Shown one piece after another: positions 9,612-19,503 of a stretch of 64,000 bases of DNA. Within the stretch, counting starts at the first letter, position 1, and each line of letters starts with the position of its first letter. The position numbers were made by a program, and so were the translations under genes. A model generated the notes under the pieces. That model was not told where the DNA came from and did not search any database. It was given only the letters and a program-made list of their open reading frames with translations. Origin of the DNA: Stellaceae bacterium (lineage in GTDB: Bacteria; Pseudomonadota; Alphaproteobacteria; ATCC43930; CGMCC-115725); NCBI GenBank assembly GCA_036264235.1, contig DATARH010000174.1, positions 2,386 to 66,385 on the forward strand, in the 5' to 3' direction.

Positions 9612-11237
9612 TCATGCGGTCGCGTGCCGGATGCCGCGCCGCCAGCGCTCGACGACCTGCTCGACGAGCCCGGTGTCGTTGTCCTGCGACCAAGCCGCGC
9701 TAAAGGAAGCGGTTGCGCTTTTCGGTCGGCAATCCTCTGGCAGCAAATCGAAGCAGATGCGCATGGGCACCGACACTCCTTCACCGACGGCGATGGCTTC
9801 GCCATTGCGCAGCGCCGGTAGAAAGTTCATCAGCCCATGCGACGCCTCGGGCACCGCGCCACGCACGATGTCCTGATCGATCTGATTGGTCATACGAAGC
9901 GCAAAGATCGTGTTGCATTCGGACAGCAGCTCAGGTGCCAGATCGGACGGACGCTGGCTGACGACGCAAAGCGATACCCCATATTTTCGACCTTCCTTTG
10001 CTATCCGCGACAGCGCCCGCTTGGTCGGCTCGAAACCGAGCTCGCGGTCGCGTGGCGCATAACGATGCGCCTCCTCGCAGACGATCGTGATCGGCACCGG
10101 GATCTCGCTCCACAGCGCGAAATCGAAGGCGAGCCGGCACAACACCGAGACGACGACATTCACCACCTCCGACGGCACACCGGACAGGTCGAGAATCGTG
10201 ATCGGCTTCCCATTGACCGGGATCCGGAATAGTCGGCCGAGAATCTCCGACAGTTCATCCCGCAAGGTCAGTTTCGACGCGAAGACGAAGCCGTAGCGAG
10301 CGTCGCCCTGCAGCGCCGTAATGCGCGCCTTAACGGCATTATAGGCAGCGACGCTTTCGGGGCGTTCGAGACTACCCATCGCGGCGTCAAGGACACGCAA
10401 AACGTCGGAAATCCGGTAGGGTGTCGGGGTGTCGATCGTGCCAACCCGGTCCAACCCGACTTTGCCGAAGGCTTGTTGCTTAGCAGCGAGGATCGCGTCG
10501 CCTAGTACCTTCACATGCTCGGGGCTCGGGCCCGAGCCGAGCACGATCTCGGCCAGCTCCTCGAAATTGAACAGCCAGTAGGGCAGGTAGAGTGCGTCGC
10601 CCGGGCTTAGCACCGCCGCCTGATCGCCAAAAGCCTGCGAATACTCGCTGTGTGGATCGAGCAGCATAACATGCGCGTTTTGGTTGCGCTCGATTACGGC
10701 GCGCAGGATCGTTGCGACAACGCATGATTTGCCTGATCCGGTCGTACCGACGATGCTGAAATGCTTACCGAAAAGCTCGTCGGTTAACACATAAGCGGGG
10801 ATCGCACTGTCCTGGTGGATTGTACCGATCCGCGCGGTGGCGACCGTGGGCTGGGCATAGACCTTTGCCAAATCGCCGGCATTCGCGAGATAGATCGGCT
10901 CTTCCAGCGCCGGGTAGGCCGATACGCCGCGGCGAAACGCGCCACCGCTATCCGGCTCGTTCATGATCTCGCCGGCGAAATCGACTTCGACGAGCTTCAG
11001 ATCCTTTTCTGACGGTTCCAGGCTCGGTAGTGGAACCCGAAGGCCCGTAACTAAGCCGAAGACGGTCGAGGGCCGTGTCCGCGCCTTGACCAGTGTGCCC
11101 ATTTCGAGCGGCCAGGCGTTTCCGTCTCTGCCATCACCTTTTTGCGGCTCGAGCAGAACAATCGCTTGCGAGGCCGATACGGCGATGATGCGGCCGATGC
11201 GGAGATCGGCGTCAGGGAAGAGATCGCTACCGTCCAT
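9612..11237 (-). CDS. HerA/FtsK-superfamily ATPase (DUF87-type, HerA-like)
   Basis: 541 aa. Walker A is FSIVGTTGSGKSCVVATIL. Walker B region is ITIVCEEAHRYAP. The sensor/arginine-finger region is GVSLCVVSQRPSDL. The N-terminus is barrel-like (RIGRIIAVSASQAIVLLE). Confidence 0.85.
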   Translation of the reverse strand: MDGSDLFPDADLRIGRIIAVSASQAIVLLEPQKGDGRDGNAWPLEMGTLVKARTRPSTVFGLVTGLRVPLPSLEPSEKDLKLVEVDFAGEIMNEPDSGGAFRRGVSAYPALEEPIYLANAGDLAKVYAQPTVATARIGTIHQDSAIPAYVLTDELFGKHFSIVGTTGSGKSCVVATILRAVIERNQNAHVMLLDPHSEYSQAFGDQAAVLSPGDALYLPYWLFNFEELAEIVLGSGPSPEHVKVLGDAILAAKQQAFGKVGLDRVGTIDTPTPYRISDVLRVLDAAMGSLERPESVAAYNAVKARITALQGDARYGFVFASKLTLRDELSEILGRLFRIPVNGKPITILDLSGVPSEVVNVVVSVLCRLAFDFALWSEIPVPITIVCEEAHRYAPRDRELGFEPTKRALSRIAKEGRKYGVSLCVVSQRPSDLAPELLSECNTIFALRMTNQIDQDIVRGAVPEASHGLMNFLPALRNGEAIAVGEGVSVPMRICFDLLPEDCRPKSATASFSAAWSQDNDTGLVEQVVERWRRGIRHATA

Positions 11238-12174
11238 GCTCGTCCATATTTTCTAGGGGTGGATTGCCACTCGCGATCAAGCGGCTATCGTTGGTGTCCG
11301 AGTCGACCCGCTCGCTCGGCAGGTGCAGTTCAATGGTCGTGCCAACGCCGACCGTGCTGCGCAGCGACAGCCGGCCGCCATGCAGCTCGGTCAAAGCACG
11401 CGCGATCGAGAGCCCGAGTCCCGTACCCTCGTTCTGCCGCGTCAGGTGATCTGCGATCTGCTCAAACGGTTCGAAGACCCGTTCGATGTGCTCCGGCGCT
11501 ATCCCGATGCCGGAGTCCACGACCGCGATGACTAGCTCGCCGCCGTCGCGAATTGCAGTGGCGACGCTGACCCGACCGCCGGCTTGAGTGAACTTAAGGG
11601 CATTCGAGAGCAGGTTCAGTAGGATCTGCTTAAAGCGGGTCTGATCGACCAGGACCGCAATGTCCGGCGCATCCGGCTCTGCCGCAAGTTTGATATCTTT
11701 CTTTTCGGCGATCGGGCGTACGGTCATCACGGCCAGATGCAAGACATCTGCAAGCACAACCCATTCATCGTGCAATTGCAGTTTTCCGGCCTCGATGCGG
11801 GCTAGATCGAGCAGGCCGTTGACGATTTCCAGCAATAGCGTACCCGCCTCATGGATATAGCCGGCGTATTCGGAATACTGTTCGCCGGCCGGAAGGCTCG
11901 GCAGTTTCATCAGTTCGGAGAAGCCGATGATTGCATTGAGCGGGGTCCGCAACTCATGGCTCATATTGGCGAGGAATTTTGTCTTAGCCCGATCGGCGGT
12001 GATCGCCGCCTGCGCCTCAGCTTGAGCCACTACGGCCGCAGTTTCGGCGTCCCGCTGTGCAGCGACGAGGGCAAAGCCCGGGTGTCGCTGCCCGAGCGTG
12101 GTCCCGAGCTGCGCGCAAAAATTCTCCAGTAGCGATTCGCGGAGGCTATGCCGCGGCTCGACCATTTTTCCCAT
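11227..12174 (-). CDS. cytoplasmic histidine kinase (HisKA + HATPase_c) with no recognisable sensor domain or TM segment
   Basis: H-box FLANMSHELRTPLNAIIGFSELM, N-box LLNLLSNALKFT, G-boxes DSGIGI and GTGLGLSIA. Only about 70 residues precede the H-box. Its stop (11229-11227) lies inside the HerA-like CDS. Confidence 0.9.
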   Translation of the reverse strand: MGKMVEPRHSLRESLLENFCAQLGTTLGQRHPGFALVAAQRDAETAAVVAQAEAQAAITADRAKTKFLANMSHELRTPLNAIIGFSELMKLPSLPAGEQYSEYAGYIHEAGTLLLEIVNGLLDLARIEAGKLQLHDEWVVLADVLHLAVMTVRPIAEKKDIKLAAEPDAPDIAVLVDQTRFKQILLNLLSNALKFTQAGGRVSVATAIRDGGELVIAVVDSGIGIAPEHIERVFEPFEQIADHLTRQNEGTGLGLSIARALTELHGGRLSLRSTVGVGTTIELHLPSERVDSDTNDSRLIASGNPPLENMDEHGR

Positions 12175-12360
12175 CCGTTGCCGACAATCGCAGCTTTACC
12201 TAGATTGGCAAACGATCCGTTAACTTTAATCCGGTCGTGGGCTTCCGCCGCGATATTCGGCTCACACGAATTGGCCGAATCCGGGGCACAACGTCGCGCG
12301 TCTGCCCTCCTGGGCGGCTAGACCCTTGCGCCGGCGCTGCGGCGACCCGATACCTTCGGT

Positions 12361-14856
12361 ATGGCGATGCTCCGTTCAGCGCCGCGCCTTGTCGCGGTCC
12401 TCGGGCCCACCAACACCGGCAAGACGCACCTCGCGATCGAGCGCATGCTCGACCACCAGAGCGGGATGATCGGGTTCCCGCTCCGCCTCTTGGCACGTGA
12501 GAATTATGACCGGGTCGTCAAATTGCGGGGTGCGCGCTCGGTCGCGCTGATCACCGGGGAGGAGAAGATCCTCCCACCGAACCCGACCTATTTCATTTGT
12601 ACCGTTGAATCGATGCCGCTCGACCGCCCAGTCGAGTTCCTCGCCGTCGACGAAATCCAGCTGTGTGTCGACCCCGAGCGCGGCCACGTCTTTACCGCCC
12701 GGCTGCTGCATGCGCGGGGTCTGACCGAAACGATGTTTCTTGGCGCCGATACGATCCGGCCGCTGATGCGACGGCTCGTTCCAAACGCCGAGTATGTGAG
12801 CCGGCCGCGGTTTTCGACGCTGAGATATACGGGTTACAAAAAGGTAACGCGGTTGCCGCCGCGCAGCGCCGTCGTCGCCTTCGCGGTGGCAGATGTGTTT
12901 TCCCTGGCCGAAGTGGTGCGGCGACAGCGTGGCGGCACCGCTGTTGTACTCGGCGCGTTAAGCCCGCGCGCCCGAAATGCCCAAGTGGGCATGTTTCAGG
13001 CTGGCGAGGTCGATTATCTAGTCGCCACCGACGCGATCGGCATGGGGCTCAACATGGACCTCGACCATGTCGCGTTCGCCCGGCTCGGCAAGTTCGACGG
13101 CCGCGGCCCGCGCCGGCTGTCGCCTGCGGAAATCGGCCAGATCGCCGGCCGCGCCGGCCGCCACATGAGCGACGGCACCTTCGGCACGACCGCCGAGGAA
13201 GGACCGCTCGACCAGGCCATCGTCTCCGCTGTCGAGGACCACCGGTTCGAGCCGCTGACCCGCATCTCTTGGCGTAACCCGCGGCTACGGTTCCAGTCGG
13301 TTGGGGCACTGTTGGGCAGCCTGGACGAGCGGCCGCCGATGCCCGGCTTGGTCCAGACCCGCGACGCGGACGATCACCGCGCGCTGCAATTGCTGGCGCG
13401 CAACACCGAGGTCGCGGCGCGCGCCACCAGCCCCGCCGCGGTGCGGCTCCTCTGGGAGGTTTGCCAAATCCCCGATTTCCGTAAAGTGATGAGCGACAGC
13501 CACGCGCGGTTCCTGGCGCATTGTTTCGGTCATCTCGCCGGGCCGGAGGAGCGCCTGCCGGGTGCATGGGTCGGCTCGCAGATGAGCCAACTCGATCGCA
13601 CCGATGGCGACATAGACACGCTGATGGCGCGGATCGCCCATACCCGTACCTGGACCTACATCACCCATCGCGGCGATTGGCTCGACGGCGCGGCCGATTG
13701 GCAGGAGCGTGCCCGGGCGATTGAGGATCGTCTCTCCGATGCGCTCCACGACCGGATCACGCAGCGTTTCGTCGATAGCCGTTCGGCCGTGCTCGTACGG
13801 CAGCGTGCCGCCGATGGCGAGCTGCTCGCCTCAATTGCAAAAAATGGCGAGGTATGCGTCGAGGGTGCGCCTGTCGGCCGGCTCGACGGGTTCCGCTTCA
13901 CTGCTGATCCTGACGCCAACGACGCGGCCCGCAGCCTCGTAGCCGCGGCGCAGCGGGCACTGCGCAGCGAGGTGGCTGCCCGGGCGCGGCGCCTCGCCGC
14001 CGAGGCGGACAGCGAGCTCCTGATCGACGAGACCGGCCGGGTGATGTGGCGGGGCGATCCTGTGGGACGGCTCAGTGCAGGGGACTCCCTGCTTACGCCG
14101 CGGGTCGATGTGATCGCCGGCGATCTGCTCGAGGGCGATGCTCGGGAGCGGGTGCGCCAGCGCTTGCAATCCTTCATTCGTAGCGAGATCGAGCGGCGCC
14201 TAAGCCCACTCTTTGCGGCCAGTGCTCTGCCGCTTGACGGTAGTGGTCGCGGTATCGCCTTCCAACTGGCCGACAGCCTCGGCTGCGTACCCAGTACTGC
14301 CGTGGCGACGCAGCTGCGCCACCTCGGCGGTGCGAGCCGGCGCGCCCTTGGCCGCGTCGGGGTGCGTTTCGGCACCGAGACAGTTTATGTCGAATCGATG
14401 CTCGGGGCCGAATGCATCGCCTTTCGGGCGTTGTTATGGGCGGTGCGGTATGGTCGGCCGGTGCCACCGCTGCCCCGCGGCCGCAAACATGGTAAGGCGC
14501 TTCCAGTCGATCCAAGCCTGCCGGAATCGTATTATGTGGCAATCGGTCGCCGCATCGTCGACGGACTCGCCCTGACCCCCGACCGGCTCGAGCGCCTCGC
14601 CGCGCTGCTGCGCCAGCGATCCCGCGGCGGCCGTTTCGCCGCCGACATGGAACTGGCCGCGATCGCTGGTATTACGGTGGCCGATCTGCGCCGGGTTCTG
14701 CCGGCGCTCGGGTTCCGCGCGACGGCAGGACAGGGAGATGAGCTGGTCGTCGCGAGGGCGCGGCGCCGCCGACCGGCAAGGGCGGAGCTGCCGCGGGTTC
14801 CGCGACCGGCCGAGGGCCATCCCTTTGCCAAGCTCAAGGAGTTGAAGCTGGCGTGA
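12361..14856 (+). CDS. SUV3-like superfamily-2 RNA helicase
   Basis: 831 aa. Walker A is VLGPTNTGKTHLAIERM. The DExH-like motif is FLAVDEIQL, and a helicase C-terminal domain is present (LVATDAIGMGLNMD, QIAGRAGR). Confidence 0.85.
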   Translation: MAMLRSAPRLVAVLGPTNTGKTHLAIERMLDHQSGMIGFPLRLLARENYDRVVKLRGARSVALITGEEKILPPNPTYFICTVESMPLDRPVEFLAVDEIQLCVDPERGHVFTARLLHARGLTETMFLGADTIRPLMRRLVPNAEYVSRPRFSTLRYTGYKKVTRLPPRSAVVAFAVADVFSLAEVVRRQRGGTAVVLGALSPRARNAQVGMFQAGEVDYLVATDAIGMGLNMDLDHVAFARLGKFDGRGPRRLSPAEIGQIAGRAGRHMSDGTFGTTAEEGPLDQAIVSAVEDHRFEPLTRISWRNPRLRFQSVGALLGSLDERPPMPGLVQTRDADDHRALQLLARNTEVAARATSPAAVRLLWEVCQIPDFRKVMSDSHARFLAHCFGHLAGPEERLPGAWVGSQMSQLDRTDGDIDTLMARIAHTRTWTYITHRGDWLDGAADWQERARAIEDRLSDALHDRITQRFVDSRSAVLVRQRAADGELLASIAKNGEVCVEGAPVGRLDGFRFTADPDANDAARSLVAAAQRALRSEVAARARRLAAEADSELLIDETGRVMWRGDPVGRLSAGDSLLTPRVDVIAGDLLEGDARERVRQRLQSFIRSEIERRLSPLFAASALPLDGSGRGIAFQLADSLGCVPSTAVATQLRHLGGASRRALGRVGVRFGTETVYVESMLGAECIAFRALLWAVRYGRPVPPLPRGRKHGKALPVDPSLPESYYVAIGRRIVDGLALTPDRLERLAALLRQRSRGGRFAADMELAAIAGITVADLRRVLPALGFRATAGQGDELVVARARRRRPARAELPRVPRPAEGHPFAKLKELKLA

Positions 14857-15233
14857 CTCCGGCAGACACCTCTGATCGCGCCAAGTGTCGCCTCGACCAG
14901 TGGTTGTGGTTCGCCCGTCTAACGAAAAGCCGCTCGCTTGCCGCCCGCCTCTGCGCCGCCGGGCTCGTCGCTGTCAACGGCGCCACGGTTCGAAAACCGA
15001 GCTATACCGTCCGGGTCGGCGACATCGTGGTCCTGCCGCAGGGCCGCGTACAGCGCACTGCACGCATCCTTGCGATGGGCGATCGCCGCGGCCCCGCGGT
15101 CGAGGCGCGCTGCCTCTATGAGGAGACTGCGGCGTCGCCGATAGCCGAGCTTGCGCCGCAATGGCTGCCGTTGCTGGAAGAGACGCTCGACTACGCCTCG
15201 GTGCACGATCGGCCCGGGCCGATGTCGAAATGA
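14853..15233 (+). CDS. S4-domain RNA-binding protein (Hsp15/HslR-like)
   Basis: RLDQWLWFARLTKSRSLAARLCAAGLVAVNGATVRKPSYTVRVGDIVVL is an S4 fold signature. The GTG start overlaps the helicase stop as GTGA. Confidence 0.8.
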   Translation: MTPADTSDRAKCRLDQWLWFARLTKSRSLAARLCAAGLVAVNGATVRKPSYTVRVGDIVVLPQGRVQRTARILAMGDRRGPAVEARCLYEETAASPIAELAPQWLPLLEETLDYASVHDRPGPMSK

Positions 15234-15811
15234 AAGTGGTTGTAATGATCGGCGTTGCTATCGGGCGTCAGCACGACCGAGAAGTAGCGGCAGGCGCCGC
15301 GCGCGATGCGGTGCAGAAAACTGCGCTTTGCCCCGGATCCTGACCAGTCGCGCTCGACGCTGATTTGGGTGCCGTCGGCGAGCCGGAAACCTGAGATGTC
15401 GATGGCTCGGCCAAAGGCGTGCTCGCTGAAGCGGCCGCGTAACTGCGTGTTGGCGCGGCAGGAAAAGGCACCGAGATGATCGATGCGGGCAATGCGCTCC
15501 CCGAACTCGCTGCGGGCCGCCGGCTGGACAATTTCGCGCTCAAACTCGTCAAGCCGGCTGGCGAGGCCACAGCTCATCATTGCTGGCCGGTTCAGCGCCG
15601 CCTCGATGCGTCGGACCCGAACCGCCGTGTCGACGGCACATCGCGCGTCACGCGGGTTCTCGGCATCAGCCGGCCGAAAGTCGACATCGTGTCGTGACAG
15701 CTCGGCAAGACAGACGCGACCGCCTGTCCCGGGCGGCGGTGTCCCGGCGCAGCCGGCAAGCAGCGCCGCAATGAAGAGCGCCGATGCCTGAGCAAACAAC
15801 CGATGCATCAC
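15191..15811 (-). CDS. extensin-like C-terminal domain protein, probable lipoprotein
   Basis: Signal peptide plus lipobox (ALLAGC). The conserved C-terminal block is RGRFSEHAFGRAIDISGFRLADG...DSNADHYNHFHFD. Confidence 0.8.
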   Translation of the reverse strand: MMHRLFAQASALFIAALLAGCAGTPPPGTGGRVCLAELSRHDVDFRPADAENPRDARCAVDTAVRVRRIEAALNRPAMMSCGLASRLDEFEREIVQPAARSEFGERIARIDHLGAFSCRANTQLRGRFSEHAFGRAIDISGFRLADGTQISVERDWSGSGAKRSFLHRIARGACRYFSVVLTPDSNADHYNHFHFDIGPGRSCTEA

Positions 15812-15995
15812 GTCGCAAGATCCTGGAATAGCGGAGTTACTGGCTCGTTCTGCGTCCTAGTCGGTCGCCAGGCGGCGTCAAGTCGCCACCTCGACCGGTC
15901 CGGCTCGGCGGGCTAAAAGCCCTGCCCAGTCAATGAGGTGGCCTGTCGGCCCGGTCGTCGGAAAGCGGCGGCGGTCGGGACAAGGAAGGAAGAAA

Positions 15996-16994
15996 TTGGG
16001 TTCCGATTCGCGGTTTGAGGGGTTTCGCGGCGCGCGAGTGATGATCACCGGCGGCGTCGGGCTGATCGGTTCGGCCGTGGCGCGGCGTCTCATCGGCCTC
16101 GGCAGCGACGTGCTTCTGGTCGACAGCATGGTGCCGGAATCGGGCGCCAATCCTGCCAACATCGCCGATATTCGCGAGCGCGTGCGACTCAACATCACGG
16201 ACATCCGCGACGGCGCCGCGATGCGGCATTTGCTTGACCGCCAGGATTTCCTGTTCGATCTGGCGGCGCAGACCAGTCACCTCGACTCGATGCACGCACC
16301 CGAGCACGACCTAGCGGTCAATTGCACGGCGCAACTACAGCTGCTCGAATTGTGCCGAGTAATCGCGCCGGAGATCACGATCGTCCACGCCGGCACACGG
16401 CAGATTTACGGCCGCCCGCGTTACGTGCCGGTGGATGAGGATCACCCCCTGCGCCCGGCCGACGTCAACGGCGTCAACAAGATGGCCGGCGAGGCCTATC
16501 ACCTGCTGTTTCGGGACGTGTATGGGCTCAAAACCCGGTCGTTGCGGCTGACCAACGTCTATGGACCGGGGATGCGAATCAGGGATGCCAAGCAGAATTT
16601 TCTCGGCATCTGGCTGCGGTGCGCCCTTGAGGGGGAAGCGTTCGAGGTTTGGGGCGGCGAACAGCGCCGTGACATGGTTTATGTCGAAGATGCCGCCGAG
16701 GCCTTTCTCTGCGCTGCGATGACCCCGGAAACCGAGGGGCTGGCCCTCAACGTCGGCGGCGACGCGCCCTACAGCCTGGTCGAAGTCGCCGAGGCGCTGG
16801 CCCGCGCTAGTGGCGGCGCCCGCTACGAGATCCGCGAATTCCCGGCCGAGCGCAAGCGCATCGATATCGGCGATTTCATCACGGACGACCATCGCTTCCG
16901 CGACCTGGCGCAATGGCAGCCGCGGCTGTCATTAGCCGAGGGGCTGGTGCGCTCGATCGATTATTATCGAAAGAATCTGTCTTCCTATGTTTGA
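15996..16994 (+). CDS. NAD-dependent nucleotide-sugar epimerase/dehydratase (extended SDR)
   Basis: VMITGGVGLIGS Rossmann motif and an extended-SDR body. I prefer the TTG at 15996, which has AAGGAAGG upstream, over the track ATG at 15933. The start is uncertain. Confidence 0.8.
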   Translation: MGSDSRFEGFRGARVMITGGVGLIGSAVARRLIGLGSDVLLVDSMVPESGANPANIADIRERVRLNITDIRDGAAMRHLLDRQDFLFDLAAQTSHLDSMHAPEHDLAVNCTAQLQLLELCRVIAPEITIVHAGTRQIYGRPRYVPVDEDHPLRPADVNGVNKMAGEAYHLLFRDVYGLKTRSLRLTNVYGPGMRIRDAKQNFLGIWLRCALEGEAFEVWGGEQRRDMVYVEDAAEAFLCAAMTPETEGLALNVGGDAPYSLVEVAEALARASGGARYEIREFPAERKRIDIGDFITDDHRFRDLAQWQPRLSLAEGLVRSIDYYRKNLSSYV

Positions 16995-18129
16995 CGCCGA
17001 AGTGAATCGGACATCTATCCCGCAAACCGATCCGCGTGCTGGATATCTCGAAGTGCAGGCCGGGATTGACGCCGCTATCCGGCGGGTTCTCGAGAGCGGA
17101 CAGTACATTCTTGGCCCGGAGGTAGAGGCTTTCGAACACGCATTTGCCGAATGGCTCGGGGTTGGAGACGCGATCGGCACCGGCAGCGGCACCGACGCGA
17201 TCGAACTGGCATTGCGCGCCTGCGGCATCGGTGCCGGCGACCTTGTCTTCACCGTCTCGCACACAGCCGTCGCGACAGTCGCGGCGATCGAGCGTGCCGG
17301 TGCCGTTCCGGTGTTGCTTGATATCGAATCGGGCGGTTTCACGATCGATCCGTCGGCTCTGGAAGCCGCATTGCGACAACCGCCGCCAGGCCGCCCCGCG
17401 GCGGTTTTGCCGGTGCATCTTTATGGCGAGCCCGCCGATCTGGCGCCGCTACTCGAAGTTGCGCGGGCGCACGGGTTGCGCGTGATCGAGGATTGTGCGC
17501 AGAGCCATGGGGCGCAGTATCGCGGCCGCATGGTAGGCTCGTTCGGCGATTTCGCCTGTTTCAGCTTCTACCCAACCAAGAATCTCGGTGCCCTTGGCGA
17601 TGCTGGGATGGTCACGACCGAGGATGCCGGTCTTGCCGCTGCGGCGCGCGAAATCCGCGAATACGGCTGGCGCGAGCGCTATGTCAGTGCCGTTTCCGGC
17701 ATCAACACGCGCCTCGACCCGATCCAGGCCGCGATCCTTAGGCTCAAACTGCCTCGGCTGGGTGATGACAATGCCCGCCGCCAGGCGATCGCTACTCGCT
17801 ATGACGACGCGCTTGGTGAATTGCCGCTTGATCTGCCCTGCCGCCATGCCGAGCGAACGCATGTCTTTCACCAATATGTGGTGCGCACGCCCAAGCGGGA
17901 CCGCCTGCGCGAGCACTTGCGCGCTGCTCGGATCGGCACCGGCATTCATTACCCGGTACCCGTCCATTTGCAGCCGGCCTACCGCAATGTCGCAATCGGG
18001 CCAAGCGGTTTGGCCGAGACGGAGCAGGCCTGTCGGGAAATTCTAAGCCTGCCGATGTACCCGCAGTTGGGTGATGCTGCAATTGATTGCGTCGCTGCCA
18101 AGTTCTGCGAATTTTTCCGAGCCCGTTGA
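16987..18129 (+). CDS. DegT/DnrJ/EryC1/StrS-family nucleotide-sugar aminotransferase (ArnB-like)
   Basis: ILGPEVEAFEHAFAEWLG, FSFYPTKNLGALGDAG (the PLP-lysine region), and HYPVPVHLQPAY. It overlaps the upstream dehydratase gene by 8 nt. Confidence 0.9.
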   Translation: MFDAEVNRTSIPQTDPRAGYLEVQAGIDAAIRRVLESGQYILGPEVEAFEHAFAEWLGVGDAIGTGSGTDAIELALRACGIGAGDLVFTVSHTAVATVAAIERAGAVPVLLDIESGGFTIDPSALEAALRQPPPGRPAAVLPVHLYGEPADLAPLLEVARAHGLRVIEDCAQSHGAQYRGRMVGSFGDFACFSFYPTKNLGALGDAGMVTTEDAGLAAAAREIREYGWRERYVSAVSGINTRLDPIQAAILRLKLPRLGDDNARRQAIATRYDDALGELPLDLPCRHAERTHVFHQYVVRTPKRDRLREHLRAARIGTGIHYPVPVHLQPAYRNVAIGPSGLAETEQACREILSLPMYPQLGDAAIDCVAAKFCEFFRAR

Positions 18130-18146
18130 ACGCCGAGTTCAGCGGC

Positions 18147-18482
18147 TCAGCTCTGGTGGATCAGAATAATGCCGCTGCCGATCAGAACGATGCCGCCGAG
18201 CTGAGCCCAGCCGAACGGCTCGTTCCAGAGGAGGTGCGCCAGCACCGCGACGATCGCATAGCTCGCCGCCACCGACGGAAACGCTACCGAAACCGGAATT
18301 TTGTTTAACGCGATGATGTAGCAGACGGCGGCGATGAAGTAGATCGCGATACCTACCATCGTCAGCGGATTGAGGAACTGCGCGGCGAGCGTGCTTGCCC
18401 CTATCGCCCCAGATTTCAACGTGATCTGCCCCGCAATGCCGAACAGAATCGCAGCGACAAGGCTCACATAGGAGAGCGCCAC
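18147..18482 (-). CDS. small 4-TM DMT/SMR-like protein (ArnE/ArnF-like candidate flippase subunit)
   Basis: 111 aa with four hydrophobic helices, EamA-like. GTG start 10 nt downstream of the GT2 stop. Confidence 0.7.
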   Translation of the reverse strand: MALSYVSLVAAILFGIAGQITLKSGAIGASTLAAQFLNPLTMVGIAIYFIAAVCYIIALNKIPVSVAFPSVAASYAIVAVLAHLLWNEPFGWAQLGGIVLIGSGIILIHQS

Positions 18483-18492
18483 CTCGGCAACC

Positions 18493-19503
18493 TCACCGAC
18501 GCCCGCGCACGCGCAGCGGCGGAGCCTTAGCCGATACCGCGGTGTCGCCGCGGATCACGGATTTTATTATAGATTGTGGCTTATGATTTGCCGTCAAATA
18601 TAGGCGGCCGAGATATTCGCCAACGATCCCGAGGATCATCAGCTGAACGCCCGATAGCAGCATCACTGCGGCCATAAGCGAAGCCCAGCCGGGGGGTGGC
18701 GTATAGAAAAGGGCCTCACCGATCGCGACGAGGCCGCCAACGCCACCGAGGAGGCTCAGTCCGAAGCCTGTCATTGTGCTGATGCGCAGGGGCATCACCG
18801 AGAAATTCACAAACATGCTCATCCACAACCGCAGCAGTCGGCGCAGCGTGTAGTTGCTCCGGCCGATCGCACGCGGCAGGTGGCGCACCAGCAGGCGATC
18901 AATATTTTGCGTTACTTGCAGGATCAACCCGTCGACATACGGAAATGGTCCATCGTATCGGGTGATCTCGTGCACGACAAACGCGCTCATACAGCGGAAG
19001 CTCGACAGGTAAAACCCTTTCGGCTTGTCGAGCACGAAACCGGCGACCCAGTTGGTGAATTGGCTTCCAAGGTTGCGCCAGCGTGCATGCTGCTTCTCAT
19101 CGTAGTAGGTATAGACGACCTCGCGCCCGGTGGCCTGAGCGAAGGCCAGTAGTCGCTCTACCTCTTCCGGCGGGTTCTGCAGATCGTCGTCCATTGTGAT
19201 GATATGCGCGCCGCTCGCGTGGCGCAGCCCGGCCATCACCGCATTGTGTTCACCGTAATTGCGCGACAAGTCGACCAACGTGATTGGCACGCGCGCGTCC
19301 TCGACAAGCGTCCGGCAGATCGAAAGACTGTCATCGGGGCTGCCGTCATTGACGAGCACGATCTCGTGCCCACCTGCGATCTGCAATCGCTCGAGCGCCG
19401 CTACCAATTCACCGATGCTGGCGGCGCCGTTGTAGACGGGGATCACGATCGATAACGCGAAACTCGGCTTGGGGCCCGCCGATTGCGGTGTCGTATCAGG
19501 CAT
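18493..19503 (-). CDS. family-2 glycosyltransferase, polyprenyl-phosphate sugar transferase type (ArnC/GtrB/DPM1-like)
   Basis: LSIVIPVYNGAASI, VLVNDGSPDDS, ITMDDDLQNPPEE, plus two C-terminal TM helices. I moved the start to the ATG at 19503 (MPDTTPQ). Confidence 0.9.
   Translation of the reverse strand: MPDTTPQSAGPKPSFALSIVIPVYNGAASIGELVAALERLQIAGGHEIVLVNDGSPDDSLSICRTLVEDARVPITLVDLSRNYGEHNAVMAGLRHASGAHIITMDDDLQNPPEEVERLLAFAQATGREVVYTYYDEKQHARWRNLGSQFTNWVAGFVLDKPKGFYLSSFRCMSAFVVHEITRYDGPFPYVDGLILQVTQNIDRLLVRHLPRAIGRSNYTLRRLLRLWMSMFVNFSVMPLRISTMTGFGLSLLGGVGGLVAIGEALFYTPPPGWASLMAAVMLLSGVQLMILGIVGEYLGRLYLTANHKPQSIIKSVIRGDTAVSAKAPPLRVRGRR

Noticed and set aside
7352-11237. A Sir2-family gene within about 1.5 kb of a HerA-like ATPase: a possible SIR2-HerA antiphage system
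   Set aside because: The Sir2 protein is a canonical CobB-type deacylase with a Zn ribbon and the GAGISTESGIPDFR and QNIDGLH motifs. It is transcribed with an SDR. An oppositely oriented rlmM and another ORF separate it from the HerA-like gene. Known SIR2-HerA systems are adjacent and co-oriented.
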